From: Candidatus Woesebacteria bacterium | GTDB taxonomy: Bacteria > Patescibacteriota > Microgenomatia > UBA1400 > UBA12028 | Direction of reading: 5' to 3' | Assembly (NCBI GenBank): GCA_040006915.1 | Contig: JBDTWD010000001.1 | Location: 162,229 to 226,228, forward strand | Length of the DNA stretch: 64,000 nucleotides | In this document: one piece after another, positions 19,082 to 29,810 of the stretch | How positions within the stretch are numbered: the first letter of the stretch is position 1 | How the letters are laid out: each line of letters starts with the position of its first letter | Translations under genes and position numbers: made by a program | The notes under the pieces: generated by a model | The model's input: only the letters and a program-made list of their open reading frames with translations | What the model was told of the DNA's origin: nothing | Databases searched by the model: none

Positions 19082-21208
19082 TTATAGTCCGATACTCTCT
19101 GCTTTTTGTTGCATAGCTGCTAACACGACGGCAGCAAGTGTTTCCAAATCAATATGCAAATGTTCAATACCAGTAATAATCTCATCGCGGGTCGCTCCTT
19201 TGGCAAAAGATTTCTCCTTAAATTTCTTCATTACTCGTTCAATTGGAACAGTAGCTAGCTTCTTTTCTGGAGAGACTAAGGCACAGGCGACAATAATCCC
19301 AGTCATATGATCACATGCATAGAGAGACCATTCCATGAGCGTTTGTGGCTCACGTTGATCTTTTACGCGTTCGTAATTATGAGATCTGATACTATCGGAC
19401 CACGTATCAGCAACTCCAAGTTTCGTGAGTTCCTGCGAAAGCATAACAGTGTGTTGATCAAAAGCACTTTCCGTTTTTTCCCAATCAGCATCATGAAGTA
19501 ATCCTACTAATTCCCAGGATTCCTTGGTCTCACCAACTTCAGCTGCTCTCTCTTGTGAAAAGTAGCTCCACAGGCCACCCATGGCTGCTTCCACCGCATA
19601 CATATGTCCACGAAGTCCAGGATTTTGAACTAGAGACTCAAGTAAAGTTACAGCCTCATTTCTAGCAAGGCTAATCGCTTTACGTTCGGTTTGCTGAGCG
19701 ACTTGCTTTTTAGACTTGCTCTTTCCTCCCAACATAAGTTCTGTCATCCGCACTTGTTCTTCAGTGGGACGTAAGGTCGGGAAAGCAATTACTTCTTTGA
19801 TCGACCAAGTGTTGGTTAAAAACATCACCAAACGATCTATACCTATACCAATACCACCAAGTGGAGGCATTCCATACTCCATAGCTTCAATGAAATCTTC
19901 ATCTAATGGTTGGGCTTCATCATCGCCCTCGCGCATATTTTTTTGCTCATTCTCAAACCGGGCTCTCTGATCCAAAGCGTCTGTAATTTCACTCCATCCG
20001 TCGGCCATTTCCTTGGTTCCGACATACAGTTCGAAACGTTCAACAAAGCCATCTTTTGAACGGTGCGCCTTGGCCAAAGGGCTTACTTCCTTCGGATAAT
20101 CAATGATCCAGGTTGGGTTGACTAAATGTCCGGTAACTAACTTATCAAACAATGTAAAGATTGCTTTCCCACGAGTAAACGTTCCATTTACCTCTAAAGA
20201 GTGTTGGGTTAGAGCTGCTTGGAGTTCTGCATCACTTAAAGATAACACCTCAATATGAAGATATTTTTCAATTGCATCAGTCATGGTAATCCGAGGCCAC
20301 TTTCCAGAGAGATCGACTGTTGTGGCACCAACTGAGAGCTCCAAGTTTCCGTATAACTTTTCACACAGGTGCTTAAACAATCCTTCAGTCGTATCCATCA
20401 TGACAGAATAGTCAGCGTAGGCGTGATACCACTCAATCATCGTAAATTCAGGTTGATGCGTTTGATCAATACCTTCATTGCGAAAATTTCGAGCTATTTC
20501 AAACAAACGCTCATATCCACCGACTATGAGACGCTTTAAATACAATTCTGGAGCAATGCGTAAAAAGAAATCACTGTCTAAGGCATTCATGTGCGTACTA
20601 AACGGCTTGGCATTGGTGCCACCATACAGTGGTTGCAAAACAGGGGTTTCAACCTCTACAAACTGATGAACATCTTGTAAGTAGCGACGAATTTCCTTTT
20701 CGATTAAAAATCGGGCATCAATCACTTTCTTCACTTGAGGATCAATCAGTAAATCAAGGTACCGTTTGCGAAACCGTACTTCTTTATCTTCAATTCCCTG
20801 AAACGAAACCGGAACAGTACGAAGTGCCTTTGAAAGAACAGTAAGACTTGTGGCTTCAATGGTAATTTCCCCTGTTTTGGATTCAATCACCTTACCTGAT
20901 ACACCCAGAAAATCTGAAGGATCAACCAAGGTCACCAGTCTTTTATACCAGTCGGTTCCAACATTCTCTTCTTTGATCATCACTTGGATAGATCCGGAAT
21001 GATCGGTCAAGGTACAGAAGGTCACTTTTCCATGCTCTCTCTTACTCATGATACGACCGGCTGTGGTCACATCATCGCCCAACGATTCACGCGCAGCCGC
21101 AATCATGTGGGTTTTAGAAAAGCTATACGGATGGACGTTTATACCCTCAGCTTCAAGTTGAGAGCGCTTTTGCTTTTTAGCTAGGATTGTTTCATCAAGA
21201 CGTGACAT
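19082..21208 (-). CDS. lysS: Lysyl-tRNA synthetase (class II) fused to a C-terminal HD-domain phosphohydrolase (about 200 aa)
   Basis: Residues 1-500 carry the class II LysRS core (FRNEGIDQTHQPEFTMIEWY motif 2 region, GGIGIGIDRLVM motif 3). The C-terminal extension has RGHMYAVEAAM ... LVGLLHDADWEK ... ACDHMTG, which matches the H...HD...D metal-binding pattern of HD domains. Confidence 0.85.
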   Translation of the reverse strand: MSRLDETILAKKQKRSQLEAEGINVHPYSFSKTHMIAAARESLGDDVTTAGRIMSKREHGKVTFCTLTDHSGSIQVMIKEENVGTDWYKRLVTLVDPSDFLGVSGKVIESKTGEITIEATSLTVLSKALRTVPVSFQGIEDKEVRFRKRYLDLLIDPQVKKVIDARFLIEKEIRRYLQDVHQFVEVETPVLQPLYGGTNAKPFSTHMNALDSDFFLRIAPELYLKRLIVGGYERLFEIARNFRNEGIDQTHQPEFTMIEWYHAYADYSVMMDTTEGLFKHLCEKLYGNLELSVGATTVDLSGKWPRITMTDAIEKYLHIEVLSLSDAELQAALTQHSLEVNGTFTRGKAIFTLFDKLVTGHLVNPTWIIDYPKEVSPLAKAHRSKDGFVERFELYVGTKEMADGWSEITDALDQRARFENEQKNMREGDDEAQPLDEDFIEAMEYGMPPLGGIGIGIDRLVMFLTNTWSIKEVIAFPTLRPTEEQVRMTELMLGGKSKSKKQVAQQTERKAISLARNEAVTLLESLVQNPGLRGHMYAVEAAMGGLWSYFSQERAAEVGETKESWELVGLLHDADWEKTESAFDQHTVMLSQELTKLGVADTWSDSIRSHNYERVKDQREPQTLMEWSLYACDHMTGIIVACALVSPEKKLATVPIERVMKKFKEKSFAKGATRDEIITGIEHLHIDLETLAAVVLAAMQQKAESIGL

Positions 21209-21253
21209 AGGATTACTCTTATTATACGAGCTTATAGGGAAAAAGCCATGAAG

Positions 21254-21538
21254 CTATTGCCATTGCCCATTTCTGTACGAAGGCATAGTGTTTTCCGCGG
21301 TTAAATCCATTTGAAAATTTGCATTTCCAAGCGCTTGTTCAATAGGGCTCGAGAGCTGTGCAAAAAATCCAGGATTCACAGGAACACTATCACATGAGAA
21401 TAGTTGGACGGCAGCATATTCTTGTGCTCTCTGTATTTCAAATGAATGTCCAGATAAATTTCTCTCCCATTCTTCTTTAATTTGTTGAATCATGTCAGGT
21501 TGAAATGATTCTGGAAATGTTGCTTCAATTTTTGCCAT
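21254..21538 (-). CDS. Hypothetical small protein (94 aa)
   Basis: ORF immediately upstream of lysS on the same strand, likely co-transcribed with it. Confidence 0.35.
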   Translation of the reverse strand: MAKIEATFPESFQPDMIQQIKEEWERNLSGHSFEIQRAQEYAAVQLFSCDSVPVNPGFFAQLSSPIEQALGNANFQMDLTAENTMPSYRNGQWQ

Positions 21539-21540
21539 AG

Positions 21541-21756
21541 TTAACTCCTAAATGTATTTCCGATCAATGAATTACTATCACTTGGTCGAACGCCTGTAAG
21601 CGCTTTATACGCGTCTAAATTTACCTCCCAATCGTCATTCTCAAGTTCTTCGCCGACATTGACTCCAACCTGATCGCCATCGACATAGAGACGCGCGCTT
21701 TGTGATGCTTTATCCGAATCTAAAATACGTACGGGCTGAATAATTTCTCTGGCCAT
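21541..21756 (-). CDS. Hypothetical small acidic protein (71 aa)
   Basis: ORF 2 nt upstream of the previous ORF; first gene of the apparent lysS operon. Confidence 0.35.
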   Translation of the reverse strand: MAREIIQPVRILDSDKASQSARLYVDGDQVGVNVGEELENDDWEVNLDAYKALTGVRPSDSNSLIGNTFRS

Positions 21757-21854
21757 AGAATCTCCTTTTTTAAATAGAATATGAAGTATATGGCAGAAGC
21801 TCTATTTTTGGAAAAAAACCATCATATGTTATAATTACGGCTTAATTGTAATAA

Positions 21855-22520
21855 ATGATACATATGCGTACCGTTACACAAACCGTCCGCCAGATCTTGT
21901 TTGAATCAGAACTCCCGCTCGAGGCTATGCGTGAAGGGGTACTCAATTTCTCGGCCTATGCAGCCCAGATTCATCCGAAAGTGGAAGAACTGACTTGGAA
22001 GTCAGTGCGAATTGGAACCATCACTGTCGCCCTTACTCGCATTGCCAAGGAATTGGCTACGGTTGATCCAATTAGACCTCAAGTCACTATTGATGACTTA
22101 AAGATAAAGTATCCCTTGGTAGACATTAGCTTCGAAAAGACGGCAGTAGCTTTAGAGAAGCTTTCCACGATTGCTGGAATACTCGATAACGACGCTAAGA
22201 AAGTATTCGTGACTACCGAAGGGATGAGTGAGATTACGATTGTTGCATCTGCCAAGCTAGCACAGACTATTCAAACCCATTTTGGTATTCCTCCAAAAGC
22301 AACCTTTACTGATCTAGTGGGGGTTAGCGTGGGCTTCGATCCGAAGTATTTGGCAGTCGCCAATACCTTGTATGCACTCATCAGTGCTGTTGCCAGTAAA
22401 CGGATTAATATTATTGAGTTGATCTCAACCCATACCGAACTGATGTTCGTTATCCAGCAAGAAGATAGAGAAAAGTGTGTAGCAGCGTTGCAACAGCATT
22501 TCAGCCCATCTACATCTTAA
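21855..22520 (+). CDS. Hypothetical protein (possible tandem ACT-like regulatory fold)
   Basis: 221-aa ORF with two roughly 70-aa segments rich in alternating hydrophobic residues. No catalytic motif. Confidence 0.4.
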   Translation: MIHMRTVTQTVRQILFESELPLEAMREGVLNFSAYAAQIHPKVEELTWKSVRIGTITVALTRIAKELATVDPIRPQVTIDDLKIKYPLVDISFEKTAVALEKLSTIAGILDNDAKKVFVTTEGMSEITIVASAKLAQTIQTHFGIPPKATFTDLVGVSVGFDPKYLAVANTLYALISAVASKRINIIELISTHTELMFVIQQEDREKCVAALQQHFSPSTS

Positions 22521-23025
22521 AGAATCGAACTTTTCCAACCTGTCTGGTTGGCTTTTGTCCGGGAACTTCGTGTACGTAACTTATAAACCAAGAGCCTTTT
22601 TTCATTTCTCGTTTGGCTTTGGCGTACAATTTTTTCATATGAATGATTGTAAAAAAGGTAAATACGACATCGGCTGACGACAGATTGGCAGACCAAATAT
22701 CTGCGTACTGGAGATGATAGCCATTAAAATGATCACGACGTAAGCGAAGCCAAGTTCGTAGAAAGCGAGTAAAGTCTAGTTCATAACCAATGATGGTCCG
22801 GGCGCCATGCTTGAATGCAGCTTGCATTACTTCTCCATTTCCAAAACCAAGATCTATGAAGACATCATCTTTATGAAGTACTTGTAGAGCCGTTTCGATC
22901 TCTTTTTTGGGCGTTGGAAGGTAATTACTCCCCTTATATACAAGGTAGGTAACAACCATCATGTATGCAACCACGGTAAGTAGGACTACCAATATCCCAA
23001 ATTGAAATAAGACGATCATGAACAT
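22510..23025 (-). CDS. Membrane-anchored class I SAM-dependent methyltransferase-like protein
   Basis: N-terminal TM helix. IDLGFGNGEV resembles Rossmann motif I (hhDhGxGxG). Confidence 0.45.
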   Translation of the reverse strand: MFMIVLFQFGILVVLLTVVAYMMVVTYLVYKGSNYLPTPKKEIETALQVLHKDDVFIDLGFGNGEVMQAAFKHGARTIIGYELDFTRFLRTWLRLRRDHFNGYHLQYADIWSANLSSADVVFTFFTIIHMKKLYAKAKREMKKGSWFISYVHEVPGQKPTRQVGKVRFFKM

Positions 23026-23028
23026 GAT

Positions 23029-23499
23029 TTAGGCAATCGCAGCTACTCGGTATTTAATCTTTCCAGCCGGAGCTTCGACTTCGACTTCTTCTCCTTCTTT
23101 GCGTCCAACTAACGCTTTACCGAGTGGTGAACTTTCAGAGATTTTCTTCTCCGAAGGGTTCGCTTCCCATTCACCGACGATTTGATAGATATGCTTAGCT
23201 TTGCCAATATGCACTGTAACTGTTGACCCAAGTCCAACAGTTGTACGACCTTTTTTGGTCTTAATCACTTTTGCTTTACTAACTAAAACTTCGAGTTCTG
23301 AAAGTCTTCCTTCCATGAAAGCCAAATCTTCCCTGGCAGCATGATATTCACTGTTTTCAGAAAGATCGCCAAAAGATCGAGCTGTGGCAACTCGCTCAAT
23401 AGCAACTGGGAGTTTGGTGGTTTTAATGTCTGTGAGTTCTGCAACTAAATCGTCGTATCCGTCTTGCGTGAGCACCACGTCATCTGTGATGGTGTTCAT
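23029..23499 (-). CDS. greA: Transcription elongation factor GreA
   Basis: GDLSENSEYHAARE motif, a coiled-coil N-terminal half and a C-terminal FKBP-like domain. GGGAGG SD upstream. Confidence 0.85.
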   Translation of the reverse strand: MNTITDDVVLTQDGYDDLVAELTDIKTTKLPVAIERVATARSFGDLSENSEYHAAREDLAFMEGRLSELEVLVSKAKVIKTKKGRTTVGLGSTVTVHIGKAKHIYQIVGEWEANPSEKKISESSPLGKALVGRKEGEEVEVEAPAGKIKYRVAAIA

Positions 23500-23781
23500 A
23501 GGACCTCCCTAATTTCGAAATAGACCTCGCCGTGGCGAGGTCTTACAATTACATAAGTTGAAATTGTACAGCACTCAGGTGTCTTGTCTAGGACCTGCTT
23601 TCGTTTATTAGAGGATGTTATTCTCTCGAGGGAAAATGAGATTTGGCGCTCAAAATGGCTTCATACCAAGATAATGTATGTCCACCTAGCTCTTTTGGCT
23701 CATCCGCAGCTTGAGAAGAGAGGCTTTTCCCCTGGGCAAGACTGATCTTTTTTTCTGACATAGAGACAGTAACTATCTTTG

Positions 23782-24195
23782 TTATACAGATTTGCGTCGT
23801 TTATTTGCGACCTTAAGCTCTAATATAGCGCGTCGGAGTTCTCCTTCCGCAATGCGCATTTCGGTTCCCGAGAGTTTTTCATTTTGTGTAGCTTCATATG
23901 CGCGTTTACGGGCTTCTTGGGCCTTTGCTTCATCAATATCTTCACTTCGAACGGCAGCGTCAGCCAGAACAATCACTTTACTTCCTGGCTCCACATTTAA
24001 GAATCCACCCGTAACTGCCAAGCTCTTTGCCTGTCCTTTTATACGGTATACAAATTCTGTATCAGAAAGTTTCGTCATTAAAGGAATATGTCCCGGAAGA
24101 ATTGTCACTTCACCAGTCGTCGTCATCGCTGTGATGGAGTCAACGTCTTCTGAGAGAAGTTCTTTTTCTTGGGTGACTATTGTTAAGTGCAACAT
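23782..24195 (-). CDS. atpC: F0F1 ATP synthase epsilon subunit
   Basis: GEVTILPGHIPLMTKL ... GGFLNVEPGSKVIVLADAAVRSEDIDEAKAQEA aligns with epsilon subunits. Confidence 0.8.
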   Translation of the reverse strand: MLHLTIVTQEKELLSEDVDSITAMTTTGEVTILPGHIPLMTKLSDTEFVYRIKGQAKSLAVTGGFLNVEPGSKVIVLADAAVRSEDIDEAKAQEARKRAYEATQNEKLSGTEMRIAEGELRRAILELKVANKRRKSV

Positions 24196-24197
24196 AC

Positions 24198-24494
24198 TTA
24201 ATTCATTCGTACTAATTCTATCAATATTTCCTTATTGTCATCATCGGCAACAATATTTTTACCGATATATTTACAAGTTTGGCATTTATATATTATTTGT
24301 GTTTTCCCTGACTTTAATTCTAAACCAATAGGTTCCATGATTCCGTGACACGAATTTTTGCGATCGCCTGGTTCGTTATCGACATGCAGGCTGGTTAGAC
24401 ACCAGTTACAGTGGTTCCTTGAACTCGTTGGATGCTTCTCTACGGTTCTTCCACACAGTACACAGATAAACGACTGGTTATTCTCGATAAACAT
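24198..24494 (-). CDS. RNHCP-domain zinc-ribbon protein
   Basis: CVLCGR ... SSRNHCNWC ... CQTCKY: two CxxC pairs and an RNHC motif, as in the RNHCP domain family. Sits 3 nt upstream of the atpC start. Confidence 0.45.
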   Translation of the reverse strand: MFIENNQSFICVLCGRTVEKHPTSSRNHCNWCLTSLHVDNEPGDRKNSCHGIMEPIGLELKSGKTQIIYKCQTCKYIGKNIVADDDNKEILIELVRMN

Positions 24495-24687
24495 TACGAC
24501 CTTCTCGTGATTCCATAGTTTGAGTATTCTCGATATCCATATTTAGGTTATCTAAAGCTATACGACCACCTCTATATTCTCTTCGTAGACGGGATCGCGC
24601 TCTAGCTTGGGCTCTTCCTCTTTTATCTCTTTTTTCAGATCTGGTAGAGAATAATTCAATTTCGATCTGGCCTAGTTCTTTTGTCAT
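24478..24687 (-). CDS. Hypothetical Arg-rich small basic protein (69 aa)
   Basis: RDKRGRAQARARSRLRREYRGGR. Overlaps the RNHCP gene by 17 nt. Confidence 0.3.
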   Translation of the reverse strand: MTKELGQIEIELFSTRSEKRDKRGRAQARARSRLRREYRGGRIALDNLNMDIENTQTMESREGRNVYRE

Positions 24688-24695
24688 AATTTCAT

Positions 24696-24986
24696 TTAAG
24701 CTACGCTAATTTCAAATTCTCCCGCTTCAATTGTTCCATTTACCTCATCGTTTGTCATTCTCCTGGCAATAAAATCAATGACTGTTTGTGGCATAAATGC
24801 CGAAAGTGGGAACGAATAGTTTAAATTCTGCTCCCCCTTCGTTATGTCCAAAACGAGCGACGTGTTCAACGACGGATGTCTTGGAGATCGAACGAGACCA
24901 TCGATACGCAACTTTGCCTCCTCATCAGAGAAAACTCTAATCTGAATATTCATTCCAACCTGCATGTAATTCTCAATACGAATCAT
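24696..24986 (-). CDS. Hypothetical protein (97 aa)
   Basis: ORF trimmed to the internal Met (MIRIENYMQ...) so that it abuts the upstream ORF rather than overlapping it. Confidence 0.3.
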   Translation of the reverse strand: MIRIENYMQVGMNIQIRVFSDEEAKLRIDGLVRSPRHPSLNTSLVLDITKGEQNLNYSFPLSAFMPQTVIDFIARRMTNDEVNGTIEAGEFEISVA

Positions 24987-24990
24987 ATCT

Positions 24991-25509
24991 TTATTCTCTT
25001 TTGTCCGTCTGGTTTCCACCGTTCCGGTTGACACCACGAGCAATAACTAACACAAGTTCAGCCACATTCTCGTCAGTAATCTCTGTTTCATTTGTAACCG
25101 GAAGAGTAAAACTTTCGGTGTCCGCCCAGTCTTCGATTAAACCAGCTCTTTTTTTATTGGTATTATATGTGTTCCACAGCACCTCTTTAAACTGTTCGGC
25201 AGCACTTCGATAAGAGTTAAGCTCTTCTCTGAGTGCTTCTAACTTACTACTATCGAGTGGAGAAATGTCAGTAGCTATAATTTCTGTGATTCTTTTTCGT
25301 AGCTTCGCGAGAATTTCAGGAATAATAGATGCTTCATCATGGTCTAACTCTTTGTGGGTCTGTTTAAATGCCCAGTCAGCAGAATCAATGTCATTTGGCG
25401 TCCATTTTACTGCCTCTGCCCAAATGCGCAGTTCAAAATCTAATTTGTCTGTTTCTGTTGGCTCAGGACGCTCGGCCTTTTCTCTTTTTCTTTCTTTTAC
25501 TGTTGCCAT
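24991..25509 (-). CDS. Hypothetical protein (172 aa) with a basic N-terminus (KERKREKAERPEP)
   Basis: ORF starts 19 nt after the atpD stop. No recognisable domain. Confidence 0.35.
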   Translation of the reverse strand: MATVKERKREKAERPEPTETDKLDFELRIWAEAVKWTPNDIDSADWAFKQTHKELDHDEASIIPEILAKLRKRITEIIATDISPLDSSKLEALREELNSYRSAAEQFKEVLWNTYNTNKKRAGLIEDWADTESFTLPVTNETEITDENVAELVLVIARGVNRNGGNQTDKRE

Positions 25510-25527
25510 ATGATTTTACTTTCCAAT

Positions 25528-26931
<1,404 letters not shown>

Positions 26932-27816
26932 TTATTTCAAAGCTAGTGATGCGGTTGTAATATCCAATAATTCAGTCGTAATTGCTGCTTGTCTTGTCTT
27001 ATTATACTCGAGTCTCAATGATCCGACGATATCCTTTGCATTATCGCTGGCATTTTTCATCGAAACCATCCGAGCACTATGTTCGCTGGCCTTTGCCTCA
27101 AGCATAATTTGATAAAATCCGTTCTCGGTATAAAACGGCAACAAGAAATCCAAAATCTCTTTTGGATTGGGTTCAAAACTATACTCCTGTCTGGCTTTAA
27201 TTATCTCTGCCGATTGATGTGTCATATCCGGCTGTCTAATTTCCGATACCTTGATTGGCAATAATTTATTAACCTCTGGTTGCTGAAGAAGCGTACTCAC
27301 AAATTGCGCGTGGATCGTGCGTACACTACTAAACTCTCCAGTCAAAAACCCTTCCACGAACAAATGGGCAATGGGAAGCACATCTGAGAGTTTTAGCTTA
27401 TCTGGCAATCCTGTGAATTCAGCCACTAATGGAATATCCATTTTGAGTGCGAATTCACGAGCTTTTTTCCCTATCGCCACGATCTTGGGTGAGCGCATAG
27501 TACTCATTTCAGTCATAGAGGCTCGAAACAGATTTGAATTTAAACTTCCTGCTAACCCACGATCAGTAGAAACTAAAATGAGCAACTCAGGAGCAGTAGG
27601 GTTTGGAGTAGAAAGCAATGCATGCAAACTCGAGTCAGTGTTGGTTCCAATGGTGTGAAGCATTTCTAATAGTTTATGGGTATATGGACGAGAAGCTAGT
27701 GCTTGTTCTTGACTCCTTCGCATCTTTGAGGCCGCCACCATTTCCATTGCTTTAGTTATTTTAGCAATGTTCGTTGCAGATTTGATGCGGGATTTAATGA
27801 GTCGAGCTTGCGCCAT
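26932..27816 (-). CDS. atpG: F0F1 ATP synthase gamma subunit
   Basis: N-terminal helix IKSRIKSATNIAKITKAMEMVAASKMRRSQ and C-terminal helix ITTELLDI, typical of gamma subunits. Confidence 0.85.
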   Translation of the reverse strand: MAQARLIKSRIKSATNIAKITKAMEMVAASKMRRSQEQALASRPYTHKLLEMLHTIGTNTDSSLHALLSTPNPTAPELLILVSTDRGLAGSLNSNLFRASMTEMSTMRSPKIVAIGKKAREFALKMDIPLVAEFTGLPDKLKLSDVLPIAHLFVEGFLTGEFSSVRTIHAQFVSTLLQQPEVNKLLPIKVSEIRQPDMTHQSAEIIKARQEYSFEPNPKEILDFLLPFYTENGFYQIMLEAKASEHSARMVSMKNASDNAKDIVGSLRLEYNKTRQAAITTELLDITTASLALK

Positions 27817-27845
27817 AGAAATAGCGACGAGTCGCTAATGAGTTT

Positions 27846-29345
27846 TTATACTTCCAACATGAGTTCTGAATGAATACCGTTGAATTTTGCGATCAAACTC
27901 TTAAGAGTGCTTTCAATTTCTGGCGTTAGTTTTTGCTCCTTTTTGATTGAACTGTACAGTTCGACTCCATCTATACTCATGAATTCTAAGAATTTTTGTT
28001 CCCAAGTGGTTACCGAATCTTTTTTCACTTGATCCAAAAGACCGCGGGTTCCGGCGTAAATAACTGCAATCTGTTCGGTTACATCCATAGGTTTATCCCA
28101 ACCTTGTTTCAAAAGCTCTGTAAGCCTTTGTCCACGGTCGATTCGGGCTTTGGTACTGGCATCCAAGTCTGAAGCAAATTGCGCAAACGCTTCAAGTTCT
28201 CGGAACTGAGCTAAATCAAGTTTCATTGATCCTGCCACTTGCTTCATGGCTTTAATTTGTGCACTCCCTCCGACACGAGACACTGAATTTCCAACGTTAA
28301 TAGCTGGTTTTGTTCCGGCGTTAAACAAAGCAGATTCTAAATAGATTTGTCCATCGGTAATAGAAATCACGTTCGTTGGAATATATGCAGAGATGTCGCC
28401 TGCTTGCGTTTCGATGATTGGGAGGGCAGTAATTGAACCTCCCCCATATTTTTCATCCAAGCGACAAGCTCTCTCAAGGAGACGACTGTGCAAGTAGAAA
28501 ACATCTCCTGGATACGCTTCACGGCCTGAAGGTCGGCGTAAAAGCAGTGAGACTTCACGGTAGGCAACGGCATGTTTGGACAAATCGTCGTAAATGATCA
28601 ATACATCTTTTCCTAGGCCCAAGAAGTATTCAGCAATTGCAGTTCCGGCATAAGGAGCCAAAAATTGCATAGCTGCTGGATCAGAAGCAGCTGCTGAAAC
28701 GATAACGGTGTACTCCATCGCTCCAAAACGCTCAAGCAGTGCTTCAGTTTGAGCCAAAAACGATTGTTTTTGGCCAATAGCGACGTACACACAAATACAG
28801 TCTTTACCCTTTTGATTAATCATCGTAGTCAAAGCTACTGCAGATTTACCAGTTCCTCGGTCGCCGATAATCAATTCACGCTGACCTCTACCAACTGGAA
28901 TCATGGCGTCAATTGCTTTAATACCAGTCTGTAATGGAACGGACACTGATTTTCGCTGAATTACTCCAGGTGCAATTTTTTCTAATGGTTCGTACTTTTT
29001 GATTTCAAATTGTGGTTTACCATCGATGGGGTAACCTAAAGAGTTAACCACTCGACCGATGATTGCTTCACTCACACCAACTGACAAGATACGCCCTGTG
29101 GTATGTACTTCCTGTCCAGCTGCCAATCCACTACTATCAGCCAACATAATGATACCGACTTCAGTTTTGGACAGGTTAAACGCTAGCCCTTCTTTTCCAT
29201 TCTCGAACATCACTACTTCACCCATCATGACATCATCCAAACCACTGACTTTGACGATTCCATCGCCTAAAGAGGTAATGAATCCAATTGATTCAACAGT
29301 TGGAGTAAAAGTGGTGGTTTTAATTTGATCAAAAAATGTTTTCAT
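27846..29345 (-). CDS. atpA: F0F1 ATP synthase alpha subunit
   Basis: Walker A GDRGTGKS and overall alpha-subunit length. Confidence 0.95.
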   Translation of the reverse strand: MKTFFDQIKTTTFTPTVESIGFITSLGDGIVKVSGLDDVMMGEVVMFENGKEGLAFNLSKTEVGIIMLADSSGLAAGQEVHTTGRILSVGVSEAIIGRVVNSLGYPIDGKPQFEIKKYEPLEKIAPGVIQRKSVSVPLQTGIKAIDAMIPVGRGQRELIIGDRGTGKSAVALTTMINQKGKDCICVYVAIGQKQSFLAQTEALLERFGAMEYTVIVSAAASDPAAMQFLAPYAGTAIAEYFLGLGKDVLIIYDDLSKHAVAYREVSLLLRRPSGREAYPGDVFYLHSRLLERACRLDEKYGGGSITALPIIETQAGDISAYIPTNVISITDGQIYLESALFNAGTKPAINVGNSVSRVGGSAQIKAMKQVAGSMKLDLAQFRELEAFAQFASDLDASTKARIDRGQRLTELLKQGWDKPMDVTEQIAVIYAGTRGLLDQVKKDSVTTWEQKFLEFMSIDGVELYSSIKKEQKLTPEIESTLKSLIAKFNGIHSELMLEV

Positions 29346-29348
29346 AGC

Positions 29349-29585
29349 CTAAAAATCAGAGATATTATTAAAAATTTTGCTAGCTCGGTCTGGTTCAATT
29401 GTCTCTCTTTGTACATCCCGATATTTTTTTATCCACTCACCGAGTACTCGTAGATCAATATTTTGCGTGTCTATATCTTTTTTATTCGCCCAAACAATGC
29501 AAGCAGAGGCAATTAATCGTGGAACCTCTGTACCTCCACCCATTTCTTGAACATATTCCCTTGCGAGTTCATTTTCGTTGCTCAT
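29349..29585 (-). CDS. Hypothetical 78-aa protein encoded between atpH and atpA
   Basis: ORF fills the atpH-atpA gap exactly. No similarity recognised. Confidence 0.3.
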   Translation of the reverse strand: MSNENELAREYVQEMGGGTEVPRLIASACIVWANKKDIDTQNIDLRVLGEWIKKYRDVQRETIEPDRASKIFNNISDF

Positions 29586-29595
29586 AGATTTCCCT

Positions 29596-29805
29596 TTACA
29601 GCAGCTTCTTTCTCAGAGTATTTACTTTTCCGGCAAGAGATAAATCAATACGTTCTCCACCCATGGTAACGCGTAATCCGCCTAAAATATCTTTGTTTAT
29701 CTTATAGGAAAATGTAGCTCCCCCAATCTTTTTTGATAAGAGCTTCTCGATCTCTACTTGTTGATTTGTGTCGAGTTTGATAACGGATTCGATGGTAATA
29801 GTCAT
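29596..29805 (-). CDS. atpH: ATP synthase delta (OSCP) subunit, C-terminal domain fragment
   Basis: KINKDILGGLRVTMGGERIDLSLAGKVNTLRKKLL matches the delta C-terminus (LIGG..IR.GD.VID.S..G.L..L). Only 69 aa. Confidence 0.5.
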   Translation of the reverse strand: MTITIESVIKLDTNQQVEIEKLLSKKIGGATFSYKINKDILGGLRVTMGGERIDLSLAGKVNTLRKKLL

Positions 29806-29810
29806 AGTGA

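Noticed and set aside
23524-23545. Hairpin AGACCTCGCC..GGCGAGGTCT as the atpC terminator
   Set aside because: It is not followed by a U-tract and it sits directly against the greA RBS, so it is reported only as a possible regulatory or processing structure
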